Positions 1-9,630 of a stretch of 64,000 nt of DNA are shown one piece after another (within the stretch, counting starts at the first letter, position 1; each line of letters starts with the position of its first letter). The notes beneath the pieces are model-generated. The model searched no databases. It saw only the letters and a list, made by a program, of their open reading frames with translations, and was not told the origin of the DNA. Where the stretch lies: assembly GCA_003567005.1 (NCBI GenBank), contig PXBF01000068.1, positions 12,392 to 76,391 on the forward strand. Direction: 5' to 3'. A program made the translations under genes and the position numbers. The stretch comes from PVC group bacterium (lineage in GTDB: Bacteria; Verrucomicrobiota; Kiritimatiellia; UBA8416).

Positions 1-246
1 ATAGAGTCACCGATCCGGCTAAACCACGATTTTCGTGTTACTTTTGTCACTGTACCTTGCCCCATATTATACCTCTCTTTTTTGTTCAGCCACTCATTGG
101 GCCGCATTGTTATATACTCGTCTTATACGCCATTTGGTGTACAACCCTGCACATTTTCAGCTCACCGGAAACGGGTAAACCCCATGCGATAATTCTTAGA
201 CTCTGTTCATGCCAAAATCTTTGAAAAAAAGATATCAAAAAAGGAA

Positions 247-2220
247 TTACCAGTTCTCTAAAAATTCGTGGCTGTATGAAGATCCTCCGCCCATGATGCC
301 GCCAGACTGCCGAACACCATAGGATCGTTGCGTATGATTAATGGTAATCGTGTGGGAGTAAGCTCCCGATAGATACAACGGAGGAACCACCAGTACCACC
401 TCCATCTCATCGTTTGCGTCTCTACGCCCCCACCTCAAGCTCCAATCAATCACAGTTGCCAAATCCGGATTCAAATCCAAGTGCTGCAGAACGGTAAGCG
501 CCGTTGTGGACAGCGATTCCGGTTTTTGCGTTTTTCTGTATAACGCTACTGTTGCCGCAGGCGTAAATTTTACCGAAACCACCACCTTTTTGCCACTCTC
601 GGTTCCATCATGCAGCGTAAGGTTATACATCCAGGAATCATCCCATATCGCAACCTCTTTGCGCGTATCAACCACTATAGGGTGTCCATTAGGATGCACC
701 AGCAGATCACTGTTGCTGTCCCACAAGAGCGCAGCGAAATCTCCCGTGAGACTGGCTTGCACAGACGTATCGTGCAGATATCCCCGGGCCATTTGGATGC
801 AGCGGGCAAGTGCTTCCGCATCACCATCCATAATCACGGCATCGACAATCTCCGCATGCCCCTTATGTTCCATAATACGTATGGCATCCATCGTACATTT
901 GCGAAGATTCCGCATATAGAAATCGATTGAATCCGCCCTCCCGGGATAGATTTCCTCCTGCGGTATCATTCCGAGCAATGTATAGGCAAGCGCTTCAAAG
1001 GCCACTGCATCAGTATTGAAATAGCGTCTGTAGGTATATAGACCGTTCCGTATCCCCTCATAGTGAAGACTCCAGCCATCCAGTGCCCCGACGCTGTGTT
1101 TTTGCTTACTGCTCCAGAAAAGACTGTGGTCGACAATCTTTCGAATATTACGGACATCGCTCCTAGCAAGTCGCTTGCTTGTCCGACTTGCCACTTCGGT
1201 CATCGTCTCCGGATACCCCGCTGCCCCATCTGTCACGATCCACTCGACCGTTGCGGGGGCACGCGTTGACTGCAAGATGACATGAAAGAGAATAGCAGGC
1301 GAAAAACTAGGCTTGGCAATGACCCGATATCCCTCGCTCACGTTGTGTTTTTCTGCCCATGTTAGAAAATCATTCTCGTCTGCCAAGCGCAACAGCTTGC
1401 GACTCGTACCGGAACCTGCTTCCGCCAGTGACAAGTCCGATGCCGGGCCTTGCATAAAAGGATCCGTTACACGGGCGGGGTCATCCAATTCCTGCCAATC
1501 GGGCAGGATACTGTGTTGCAGGACACCTTCTTCATAGTTGATCTCACGGAAATATTCGGTGTTGTAAATCTGCTTTAAGAAGCGTCCTGACCACGGACGA
1601 TAGTCGCGGTAGATTCCTTCCGCTACGCTACCCCCCTTGTACGTCCAGATCTCTTGATTCACAGGAAGATCAAAATGCTTTTTGAGGGCATAGGTTCTCT
1701 GCAAATCCCCTCTCCAGAATATATTTGTGTGTGCTACGACCGCACTATCGCTGATTAGCTGTTCCTTCCATGCATCGAGCAACTCGACTTTGCGCTTGAG
1801 AACACGAATATCAGGAATGGGCTGGGGCCGTTCAAACCGCCAGGATTTTTCTTGCTGAGCGGGGTCTTCCGGAAACGTAAAAGCAGCCCATTGAAGCGAT
1901 CTTGCCTGGTTGGGATTCGAAGCCGTCCAATATGTTCGTACAACCAGATGCTCTGATGGCTGATGCTCGTCAACAAGTAAGCCAGCCTGATTGGTTGTTG
2001 TCGATGTTGGATGGCCATAAAGCCTATGCAAATCCACACGGCGCGGATAGGGGCTCAAGAGCAGGCTATCGCGCAATGACGCAAACGCCTCAGTAAGTCT
2101 TTCCGCCTCGGAAAGGTGTAAGACCTGTTCCTCTGGAGCTGATACGGGACGAACAGAAGAACATCCAGCCAGCAACACCCCACAGAGCAAGGCCCCAAAA
2201 AATATAGTCCATATCTTCAT
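247..2220 (-). CDS. Secreted lipoprotein of unknown function, possibly a glycoside-hydrolase accessory protein (large DUF4838-like lipoprotein)
   Basis: 657-aa ORF. N-terminal signal peptide with lipobox LLAGC. Sits in a sulfatase/GH2 neighbourhood. No catalytic motif recognised by eye. Confidence 0.5.
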   Translation of the reverse strand: MKIWTIFFGALLCGVLLAGCSSVRPVSAPEEQVLHLSEAERLTEAFASLRDSLLLSPYPRRVDLHRLYGHPTSTTTNQAGLLVDEHQPSEHLVVRTYWTASNPNQARSLQWAAFTFPEDPAQQEKSWRFERPQPIPDIRVLKRKVELLDAWKEQLISDSAVVAHTNIFWRGDLQRTYALKKHFDLPVNQEIWTYKGGSVAEGIYRDYRPWSGRFLKQIYNTEYFREINYEEGVLQHSILPDWQELDDPARVTDPFMQGPASDLSLAEAGSGTSRKLLRLADENDFLTWAEKHNVSEGYRVIAKPSFSPAILFHVILQSTRAPATVEWIVTDGAAGYPETMTEVASRTSKRLARSDVRNIRKIVDHSLFWSSKQKHSVGALDGWSLHYEGIRNGLYTYRRYFNTDAVAFEALAYTLLGMIPQEEIYPGRADSIDFYMRNLRKCTMDAIRIMEHKGHAEIVDAVIMDGDAEALARCIQMARGYLHDTSVQASLTGDFAALLWDSNSDLLVHPNGHPIVVDTRKEVAIWDDSWMYNLTLHDGTESGKKVVVSVKFTPAATVALYRKTQKPESLSTTALTVLQHLDLNPDLATVIDWSLRWGRRDANDEMEVVLVVPPLYLSGAYSHTITINHTQRSYGVRQSGGIMGGGSSYSHEFLENW

Positions 2221-2384
2221 AGCCTATGCTGTAAGTAGGGCTGTAAATATCTCTATAAAGATCACTCGAGGGAAGAGCCTCACGTGCTACTACTCATGTC
2301 CCGCGCCTTGCCATTCGGCGTTGCGGTCTGACGCGAACGTTGGAATCAGTCTTCTTCGGCTTCCGTTTTGTCTCCGCCAGGCGC

Positions 2385-3098
2385 TCATTGCCCAGACCTT
2401 AAACCGAACGCCTTCCAGTGTACCGCGTTCCGCCATTCATCGCTACCGGGCGTTGGACCATGCCCTTGGTCGTCATAAACGCCAAGTTCAGCACTAACGG
2501 CTTGCATCCATGCGGAAGAACCGACCGTTGGCCCATTACCGTCCGCGTCATGAACGTCGACAAAACGGTCAATTTGATGAAGCCATTCCTGACTTCCAAC
2601 AGGTGCAATCTTTTCCAGCCTTGTGAGCGGACGTTCCGGCCTTGCGCCGCTTTCGTCCCTGACATAGTTATGTTCCCATGAAAGCATGACAACATCACCT
2701 TCTTCCAGCGCGTTGATAGCAGCATGCATCTCGGGAGACACCTTGCGGTTATTCATGTTGTCTTCAACAAGAAAAGCGAATTCTTCACGTTTGGGATCGC
2801 CATATTGGCCCGGCTTTTCGTAGGCAATGTAGTGGACGATCCGAAAGGTCGCCAGCGAACCCGAGTTGCCACATTTATCAGGACAGAGCCCTGTCCGCCC
2901 CATGCATCTATGGTAACGAGTCCCCTTGAACTCCGCTACCGTGTCATGTCGCGCCAGCATCTCTACACTCTTTTCCCCCTGTTCGCCCCCATGAGAACCC
3001 CCTGTCAGGAACACCAAAGAGGCAAGAAGCAAAGCAACACGGTTGAGATTGTGGATCATAGCTAGTCTCCTTCTTTCGGTTTTCGTATTGTAGATCAA
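2385..3098 (-). CDS. Secreted hypothetical protein (alternative start near 3059 gives a cleaner signal peptide)
   Basis: 237-aa ORF with a hydrophobic N-terminal segment ALLLASLVFLTGG. Cys pairs CMGRTGLCPDKCG. No recognisable domain. Confidence 0.45.
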   Translation of the reverse strand: MIYNTKTERRRLAMIHNLNRVALLLASLVFLTGGSHGGEQGEKSVEMLARHDTVAEFKGTRYHRCMGRTGLCPDKCGNSGSLATFRIVHYIAYEKPGQYGDPKREEFAFLVEDNMNNRKVSPEMHAAINALEEGDVVMLSWEHNYVRDESGARPERPLTRLEKIAPVGSQEWLHQIDRFVDVHDADGNGPTVGSSAWMQAVSAELGVYDDQGHGPTPGSDEWRNAVHWKAFGLRSGQ

Positions 3099-3236
3099 TT
3101 CCTACAGCGCAGAGTATGAATGAAATACACCCTCGATGCTACCTAAAACTATAAGTACATCTAATTGAAGCTGCTCATTCAATACTTCGCGAAAAATCCC
3201 ATCCATCCGTCGATCATGGATTTTCTACGAAACGTT

Positions 3237-3941
3237 TTATAGACGGCTGGCCGGATGATACCCGAGGTTGTTACGCCCAATTTGCAGACCATATACATGA
3301 TCGGCTGGCTTGATTTCATAGAAGTGCGAGCGCGTGCAGGTGTATAATTTTTCGCCACTCAAATCCTTGAGTAACCCGCAGAGCAAACCCTCGTGGCTGA
3401 CGTAGATCTTATCCCCCGACTCATCGGCTTTCGATTCAACAAAATCGAGCAACCGTTTCCGAGCTTCATCAACATTCTCGACTTTCTGGACAAAATCACG
3501 GAGATGCCCAGGCAGCCGCGCCAAAAGTTCGGGTGTCTTTTCACGAAAAGGATTCAATGCAAACCATTTGTCAGTATGCTCTTTGGTGGCCATCTCGAGC
3601 CCTGATGCAAGCACGGCTTCTTTGAAAAGTGGCCAATTCCAATTATGTACTTCCTGCAATTCAATGGCAGACACCAGATGAACGTCCCGTCCCTCCTCAC
3701 TAAGAATTTCCTGGATGATTTGTGCCGTGTGGATGGCTCGTCCCATCGGGGACGTGTAGATCGTGACTTTTAGAGAGTCTTTTAGAATCTCGCGAATTTC
3801 CTTTGCAGAGGCCGTAACCGCCTCGATCCCCTTTTCATTGAGATCATTGGCTTCGCCAATCGCAACCGGAACATTGCCCTGTTTGTAATCCGTGTAGCCG
3901 TGCCGCATCAGAATCGTAATGCCGTCTCCCAAAATACTCAT
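3237..3941 (-). CDS. Histidine phosphatase family protein (phosphoglycerate-mutase-like)
   Basis: N-terminal LMRHG matches the RHG catalytic motif of the histidine phosphatase superfamily. 234 aa. Its stop overlaps the sulfatase gene by 4 nt (ATGA). Confidence 0.65.
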   Translation of the reverse strand: MSILGDGITILMRHGYTDYKQGNVPVAIGEANDLNEKGIEAVTASAKEIREILKDSLKVTIYTSPMGRAIHTAQIIQEILSEEGRDVHLVSAIELQEVHNWNWPLFKEAVLASGLEMATKEHTDKWFALNPFREKTPELLARLPGHLRDFVQKVENVDEARKRLLDFVESKADESGDKIYVSHEGLLCGLLKDLSGEKLYTCTRSHFYEIKPADHVYGLQIGRNNLGYHPASRL

Positions 3942-5467
3942 GGTGTCGGTTCCATTGCATTGTATGCTTCGCCTTTATTGCGATATTCTTTTTCGCAAGC
4001 TTCCCACTTGGCAATCATTTCCTGCAACTTTTCTGGCATATCTTCAGCGAGATCATGCATTTCGCAACGGTCTTTCGACAAATCATACAACGCCCAGCGA
4101 TCATCGGGCTTGCCCCAATCGGTCAGGGCCTCATTCACGATCTTCCAGTCCCCTACCCGCAGGGCACGGTTACCTTGATGATGAATATAAATATGATCGC
4201 GATCTACGACTCCATCCTTGGCAAAGCTCGGCACCAAGCTCTTACCGGGTAACGGCGGAGCACCTTCCGGAAGTTCCATATGTACGGGATCGCCCCCAGC
4301 CAACTCAATAAACGTTGGCATGAAGTCAATCACATGACCCATATCATGACGTAGCGAGCCACCTGACTTGATGCCATTGGGCCAATGTGCAATTAAGGGG
4401 GTGGATATCCCTCCCTCATGCGCCCAGATCTTGTGACGGCGGAACGGCGTATTGCAGCTCGTCGACCAGCCGGGCCCTAAGCATAAATGCGTGTACTCTG
4501 ATCCAGGCAAAGCCTCGGGATCATGGCCTTTCCCGCGAATCATAATCTCGGCACTGCAACCATTGTCGGAGAAGAACAGGATCAGCGTGTCATCCAGAAC
4601 CTTCATGGACTCCAATTGATCTAGAATCCGACCAATCTCGCGATCCGTCCGGTCAACCATGGCTGCATGGATTGCCATTTTTGTTGCCTGAAAACGCTTC
4701 TGTTCTTCTGTAAGACTGTCCCAAGCCTTAGCGTACTCGACCTCACCTGCCCCTAATTGTTCTCTCCAATTTTCGGTGTTTTCTACAAAATGCGGGGCTG
4801 GCACTTTCGGCTCTCGATCAGATAACGGGCAATCCACCAGTCCCATTGCTTTCATACGCTCGTATCGCCGTTGCCGAATGGCATCCCATCCCTCGAGATA
4901 TTTATCGCGGTATTTATCAATGTCTTCCTGCTCGGCCTGAACGGGAAAATGAGGCGTCGTGTAGCATACATAATGAAAGAAAGGATCATCCTTGCTGTTC
5001 TTCTCATGCTCCTGCAAGCACATGAGAGCATGGTCGGTAATGGCTTCTGCCGAGTATCGGGTTTTACCATCATCGCTGTGGAAGAAGTGATTGAACTGCG
5101 GGATCTCATAACCCCAGCTTATGTCAAACCCACCACCCGTAACCGGATCTGGCGTATTGAAAAGATGCCACTTGCCCGAATGATAATTCCGATAGCCGAG
5201 AGGGCTGAGGTGATGCGGAATCAAGCGTTGCCAAGACGCACGATATTTTCTCACAGGCGGATCCATGCACACCTGCGGCGCGTAATAGCCCGTTAATACC
5301 GACGATCGTGTAGGCCAACAACGCGGTGTACTGTAGAATTGCGTGTACCGCACCCCCTGATTCGCAAGACGATCTATGTTCGGGGTATCGATTTCACCAC
5401 CATAACACCCAGGATCGGAAAACCCCATATCGTCCATCAAAATAATCATAATATTCGGTTTTTTCAT
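3938..5467 (-). CDS. Arylsulfatase (formylglycine-dependent sulfatase family)
   Basis: MIILMDDMGFSDPGCYGG and the sulfatase signature C-W-P-T-R-S-S-V-L-T-G (CxPxR..LTG). 509 aa. No N-terminal signal peptide is visible. Confidence 0.9.
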   Translation of the reverse strand: MKKPNIMIILMDDMGFSDPGCYGGEIDTPNIDRLANQGVRYTQFYSTPRCWPTRSSVLTGYYAPQVCMDPPVRKYRASWQRLIPHHLSPLGYRNYHSGKWHLFNTPDPVTGGGFDISWGYEIPQFNHFFHSDDGKTRYSAEAITDHALMCLQEHEKNSKDDPFFHYVCYTTPHFPVQAEQEDIDKYRDKYLEGWDAIRQRRYERMKAMGLVDCPLSDREPKVPAPHFVENTENWREQLGAGEVEYAKAWDSLTEEQKRFQATKMAIHAAMVDRTDREIGRILDQLESMKVLDDTLILFFSDNGCSAEIMIRGKGHDPEALPGSEYTHLCLGPGWSTSCNTPFRRHKIWAHEGGISTPLIAHWPNGIKSGGSLRHDMGHVIDFMPTFIELAGGDPVHMELPEGAPPLPGKSLVPSFAKDGVVDRDHIYIHHQGNRALRVGDWKIVNEALTDWGKPDDRWALYDLSKDRCEMHDLAEDMPEKLQEMIAKWEACEKEYRNKGEAYNAMEPTP

Positions 5468-5485
5468 GCATCTACTTCCTATCTG

Positions 5486-6655
5486 CTATTGCGATATTTT
5501 TGCCAAATCAACCCAGTACGGATGCATGTTGATGACCGCCCCCGTTTCCCGTGCCTCTTCGATGCCGAAACACGTAAACGATGCGCGCAGACCATCCTCA
5601 AGCGTTGTCGGTGTAGGCGCACCACGCAGCATACAGTCGAGTACATCCTGCGCCATGGGCTCTTCGGCTCCACCGTGATCATCACCCGCAATCGGACGAA
5701 TTGTCTCTGTCTTGGCATCCCAACCAACCGGGGTGTATTCCAACGTTCCTGTCAAAACATTTCCGCGTATGGTACCCTTGGTTCCGCACATGTAGAAACG
5801 TCGCTCTTGCTGGGCACTGTGCATGCAAAAATGAAACGAAATATGCACCCCGTTTTCCAGTTCCATAATGGCAACCTGATTGTCAATCGTATCCTTGTCA
5901 TCGTTAAATGGCGTTATATTTTCTTCATCCCCGACCGCATATCCTGTTGCTAACCCTCGATCATAATACCGATACCCCTCTTCTCCAACGGGATACATAT
6001 CATTATGATGCGCATTCTCTGGCTTGAAGAATGTTAAGCCACCAAAACTCGCCACACGCGCCGGTTGGCTTCCCGTCATCCAAAGCATCAAATCCATGTC
6101 ATGACAGCATTTTTCGACGATCATGGGGCCGCTCCACTCGCTCTTTCGGCGCCAATTGCCATGCATCGAGGCACCATGATAAGGGGAAAGTGTTTCATTA
6201 AATTCCATACTAATCAATTGTCCCAGACGCCCCGCTTCAATCCACTCCTTCATCGTACGGTAAAAAACAGAATACCGCAGCACAAACCCAACAATAAACT
6301 GTTTGGAAGGATTGCGTTTACGGGCAGCTACGATATCCATGCATTGCTCGCGCGTCGTTGCTACCGGTTTTTCGCAAAAAACATCCTTGCCTGCATCTAA
6401 AGCAGCTACGGCATGTCCGCTGTGCAAAGCATTGAAAGAGCCAATAAAAACCCAATCCACATCGGAAGCCGTGACGACTTCCTCAACCGAATGGCACGAG
6501 CGGATGCCGGGATACGCTGCCTGCACACGTTCCGCTGCCTTTGCTGAAGGGTCATGGTAAGCGACAACCGTAACGCGCCCATCACTCAATTTCGTTACAT
6601 TTTTGAGAACATGGTCAATCCGTCTGCCAAACCCAACCACACCAATACGTTTCAT
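5486..6655 (-). CDS. Gfo/Idh/MocA family NAD(P)-dependent oxidoreductase (possibly a GH109-like glycosidase)
   Basis: Rossmann N-terminus MKRIGVVGFGRRIDH. The internal ATG at 6655 is preceded by GGAG. The longer ORF-track N-terminus (to 6790) is low-complexity and was rejected. Family-typical EKP motif (CEKPVA). Confidence 0.8.
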   Translation of the reverse strand: MKRIGVVGFGRRIDHVLKNVTKLSDGRVTVVAYHDPSAKAAERVQAAYPGIRSCHSVEEVVTASDVDWVFIGSFNALHSGHAVAALDAGKDVFCEKPVATTREQCMDIVAARKRNPSKQFIVGFVLRYSVFYRTMKEWIEAGRLGQLISMEFNETLSPYHGASMHGNWRRKSEWSGPMIVEKCCHDMDLMLWMTGSQPARVASFGGLTFFKPENAHHNDMYPVGEEGYRYYDRGLATGYAVGDEENITPFNDDKDTIDNQVAIMELENGVHISFHFCMHSAQQERRFYMCGTKGTIRGNVLTGTLEYTPVGWDAKTETIRPIAGDDHGGAEEPMAQDVLDCMLRGAPTPTTLEDGLRASFTCFGIEEARETGAVINMHPYWVDLAKISQ

Positions 6656-6762
6656 ATCTATACTCCTTCGTTCCAAAATCAGCGAAAAAAGCGTTGCGTT
6701 AGAGACAATGCCGTTTAGGATGCTTGCAATGCAACAGTATTTTTGCACAAAAACGAAGGATA

Positions 6763-9570
6763 ATGACGATGTCGACTTTTGAGAATACACTCTCGCTCGC
6801 AGGCCAATGGCGCTTCAAACTGGATCCGCATAACGAAGGAATCAAACAAAACTGGTTTAACACCGTGTTACCCGACAGCATAGCCCTGCCAGGCACGACC
6901 GATGAGGCCGGCTACGGCGAAGAGACCAATGAAGCCTGTGCTGACCGACTCTCGCGTATCTACCGCTGGATCGGTCCTGCTTGGTACCAACGAGAAGTGG
7001 ATATCCCTTCAACGTGGAAGAACAAAAAAGTATTTCTTTACTTTGAGAGGACAAAAAACAGTCAAATCTGGATTGATGGCGTCTGGGCTGGTAGTGATGA
7101 CTCTCTCTCAACCCCCCATACCTTTGACCTTTCTGCATGGCTGGCCCCTGGCAAACATGCCCTTACCATTCTCATTGACAATGCAAAGTTACCCCCTGTC
7201 GGGCCATGCCATCAGGTAGATGAGCGTACCCAAACAAACTGGAACGGCATTCTGGGCGAAATGACCCTAACAGCACGAGAACCTGTTTGGATTCAGGATT
7301 TGCAAGCCTATCCCAACGCAGCGAAGCGTACGCTGCAAGTGAAGGCGACGATCATCAATGAGACGAACTGGAGCGGTGCCGCTGACTTTACCTGGAAAGC
7401 AGAAGTCTTGGGCAACGATGCCCCCGAAATACCTACTGTAGAAAGTGGGACCTTGCTACGCGAGCGCGTCACAAACACGGCAACGACCATCACGCTTCCC
7501 GAATCCGTTGGTTGCTGGGATGAATTTGATCCCGCATTACTTCGCATAACCCTTGAAATGAAGGCCATGCCTGTAGCGACTTGGCTCCATGATGCGGCTA
7601 GCGTTGTATGTGGCTTGCGCGACTTTTCAACGGACCGTGGCCAATTTGTGATAAACGGACGGCCCACCTATCTGCGGGGGCGCGTAGATAGCGCCATTTT
7701 TCCGCTAACAGGATACGCCCCGATGGAAAAAGCAGAATGGAAGCGGCTGCTTGCGATTGCCAAATCATACGGGTTGAATCATTACCGCTTCCATTCCTGG
7801 TGCCCCCCAAAAGCCGCCTTTGCTGCAGCAGATGAACTAGGCATGTACCTGCTCGTGGAACTTCCCAACAAGCGGGAAATTACCGCCCCCGACAACAAAG
7901 CGTATCGTCCTCCCGCAGAAGCCTATGAAACCTTAGCCGAACTTGAGGGCGATGGTGGACCACCCGCTATCCGTACGGCCTATCTTTTGCGCGAAGGCGA
8001 ACGCATTCTTAAAGCCTATGGTAATCATCCTTCCTTCTGCATGCTCACACTCGGCAATGAGCTTGGTGGCGATGAGAGCGTCATGCGAGACATGTGCGAT
8101 CACTTCCGTTCGCTTGACAATCGCCACTTCTATGCAATGGGATCCGGACATTTCCACTGGGACATTGCACTCCGCGAAGGTGATGATTTTTGGGTTACAC
8201 GGGGCACATCAAGAAAACGCCCTGTTCGCGGAGCGTCTTTTGAATCGAATCTCCACATTGACCATCAAGCCCCATCCACCACCGTTGACTATGGCTCCGC
8301 TATCCAAGGAGTTCCGATTCCTGTTATCACGCACGAAAATGGCGAATTCGAAGTGTACCCCGACTATCGCGAAATAAAAAAATATAAGGGCGTATTGCGT
8401 GCGCGCAATTTTGAAATATTCCGTGAGCGACTCAAAGCCGCAGGAATGCTCGATCAAGCACTGGACTTTTTCAAAGCATCTGGCGCCCTTTCTGTCATTT
8501 GTCATCGCGAGGATATCGAGGCCTGCTTGCGGACAGCAGGTCATGGTGGATTCCATTTACTCGACCTTATGGATTTCAGCGGGCAAGGAACCGCTCTGGT
8601 GGGAATATTAGATGCATTCATGGACTCCAAAGGCCTTATCTCCCCTGAAGCGTGGCGCGCCTTCTGCTGCGAAACCGTTCCCCTACTCTGGATGACCAAA
8701 TATACTTGGACCAATGACGAAACCTTCAAGGCAGGTATTCGCATTGCGCACTACGGTCCTGAAGATTTCCCCAACCAGCATGTACAGTGGAAAGTCACCG
8801 ACGGCAGAAAACTCGTTGCCAAGGGACAAACACGCGCAGTGAATATCACAACTGGAACCGTTACGGATGTGGATTTGATCTCCGTCGATCTAGGTAACAT
8901 GAAGAAAGCCAGCAAATTAAAAGTCACAATATTCGTACCCGACACACCCTATCAAAACAGCTATGACATCTGGGTGTATCCACAAGAGAAGCAATCGATT
9001 AAAAAACCTGCCAAGGCTATTGTCTCGCGTACATACAACCGTAACGTGGAGTCTGCCCTAAACAAGGGAAAAACGGTTCTGCTGCTACCGGTTCCGGAGA
9101 AAATGCAGAACACCGTACGAATGGCATTTCAGACCGGCTTCTGGTCACCCATGTTCCGTATTGGCAACAAAAAGACACCAGATGGTAAGCAGTTCCCGGG
9201 TACACAAGGCATTCTTATCGATCCGAAGCATCCCCTCTTCAAGGATTTTCCCACGGAGTTTCATTCCAATTGGCAATGGTGGCAATTAGTCAAGCATAGT
9301 GCCCCCATGATTTTGGACAATACGCCACCATCATTCCGCCCGCTTGTCCAGGTCATTGATGGTTTTGATCGCAACCATAAATTGGGGCTGATCATAGAAG
9401 CAAGAGTCGGCAAAGGCCGTTTGATTGTCTGCACGATGGATCTACTGGCTCTAGGGAAGCATCCTGAAGCAAGACAACTGCTTCAGTGCCTCTACGCGTA
9501 CGCAGATGACGCAGCGCAAAAGCAGCTGCAGGAGCTTCCGACGGACACGATCAAATCCGTCTTACAATAG
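6763..9570 (+). CDS. Glycoside hydrolase family 2 (beta-galactosidase/beta-glucuronidase/beta-mannosidase-like)
   Basis: N-terminal LAGQWRFKLD sugar-binding-domain hallmark. TIM-barrel segment NHYRFHSWCPPKAAFAAADELGMYLLVELP. About 935 aa. No signal peptide. Confidence 0.8.
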   Translation: MTMSTFENTLSLAGQWRFKLDPHNEGIKQNWFNTVLPDSIALPGTTDEAGYGEETNEACADRLSRIYRWIGPAWYQREVDIPSTWKNKKVFLYFERTKNSQIWIDGVWAGSDDSLSTPHTFDLSAWLAPGKHALTILIDNAKLPPVGPCHQVDERTQTNWNGILGEMTLTAREPVWIQDLQAYPNAAKRTLQVKATIINETNWSGAADFTWKAEVLGNDAPEIPTVESGTLLRERVTNTATTITLPESVGCWDEFDPALLRITLEMKAMPVATWLHDAASVVCGLRDFSTDRGQFVINGRPTYLRGRVDSAIFPLTGYAPMEKAEWKRLLAIAKSYGLNHYRFHSWCPPKAAFAAADELGMYLLVELPNKREITAPDNKAYRPPAEAYETLAELEGDGGPPAIRTAYLLREGERILKAYGNHPSFCMLTLGNELGGDESVMRDMCDHFRSLDNRHFYAMGSGHFHWDIALREGDDFWVTRGTSRKRPVRGASFESNLHIDHQAPSTTVDYGSAIQGVPIPVITHENGEFEVYPDYREIKKYKGVLRARNFEIFRERLKAAGMLDQALDFFKASGALSVICHREDIEACLRTAGHGGFHLLDLMDFSGQGTALVGILDAFMDSKGLISPEAWRAFCCETVPLLWMTKYTWTNDETFKAGIRIAHYGPEDFPNQHVQWKVTDGRKLVAKGQTRAVNITTGTVTDVDLISVDLGNMKKASKLKVTIFVPDTPYQNSYDIWVYPQEKQSIKKPAKAIVSRTYNRNVESALNKGKTVLLLPVPEKMQNTVRMAFQTGFWSPMFRIGNKKTPDGKQFPGTQGILIDPKHPLFKDFPTEFHSNWQWWQLVKHSAPMILDNTPPSFRPLVQVIDGFDRNHKLGLIIEARVGKGRLIVCTMDLLALGKHPEARQLLQCLYAYADDAAQKQLQELPTDTIKSVLQ

Positions 9571-9630
9571 AATAAAGACGTTGCCCACCAGTTTCTGCAA
9601 AAGGCGCGCGGCCAACACTTTCAGCGCTAT

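Noticed and set aside
5339-5953. 204-aa plus-strand ORF
   Set aside because: Entirely antisense to the sulfatase and Gfo/Idh/MocA genes. No motifs, Arg/Cys-rich translation typical of a GC-rich antisense frame.
6656-6790. N-terminal 45-aa extension of the Gfo/Idh/MocA ORF in the six-frame track
   Set aside because: Low-complexity hydrophobic junk preceding a perfect Rossmann start MKRIGVVGFG that has its own GGAG RBS. The internal start at 6655 was used.
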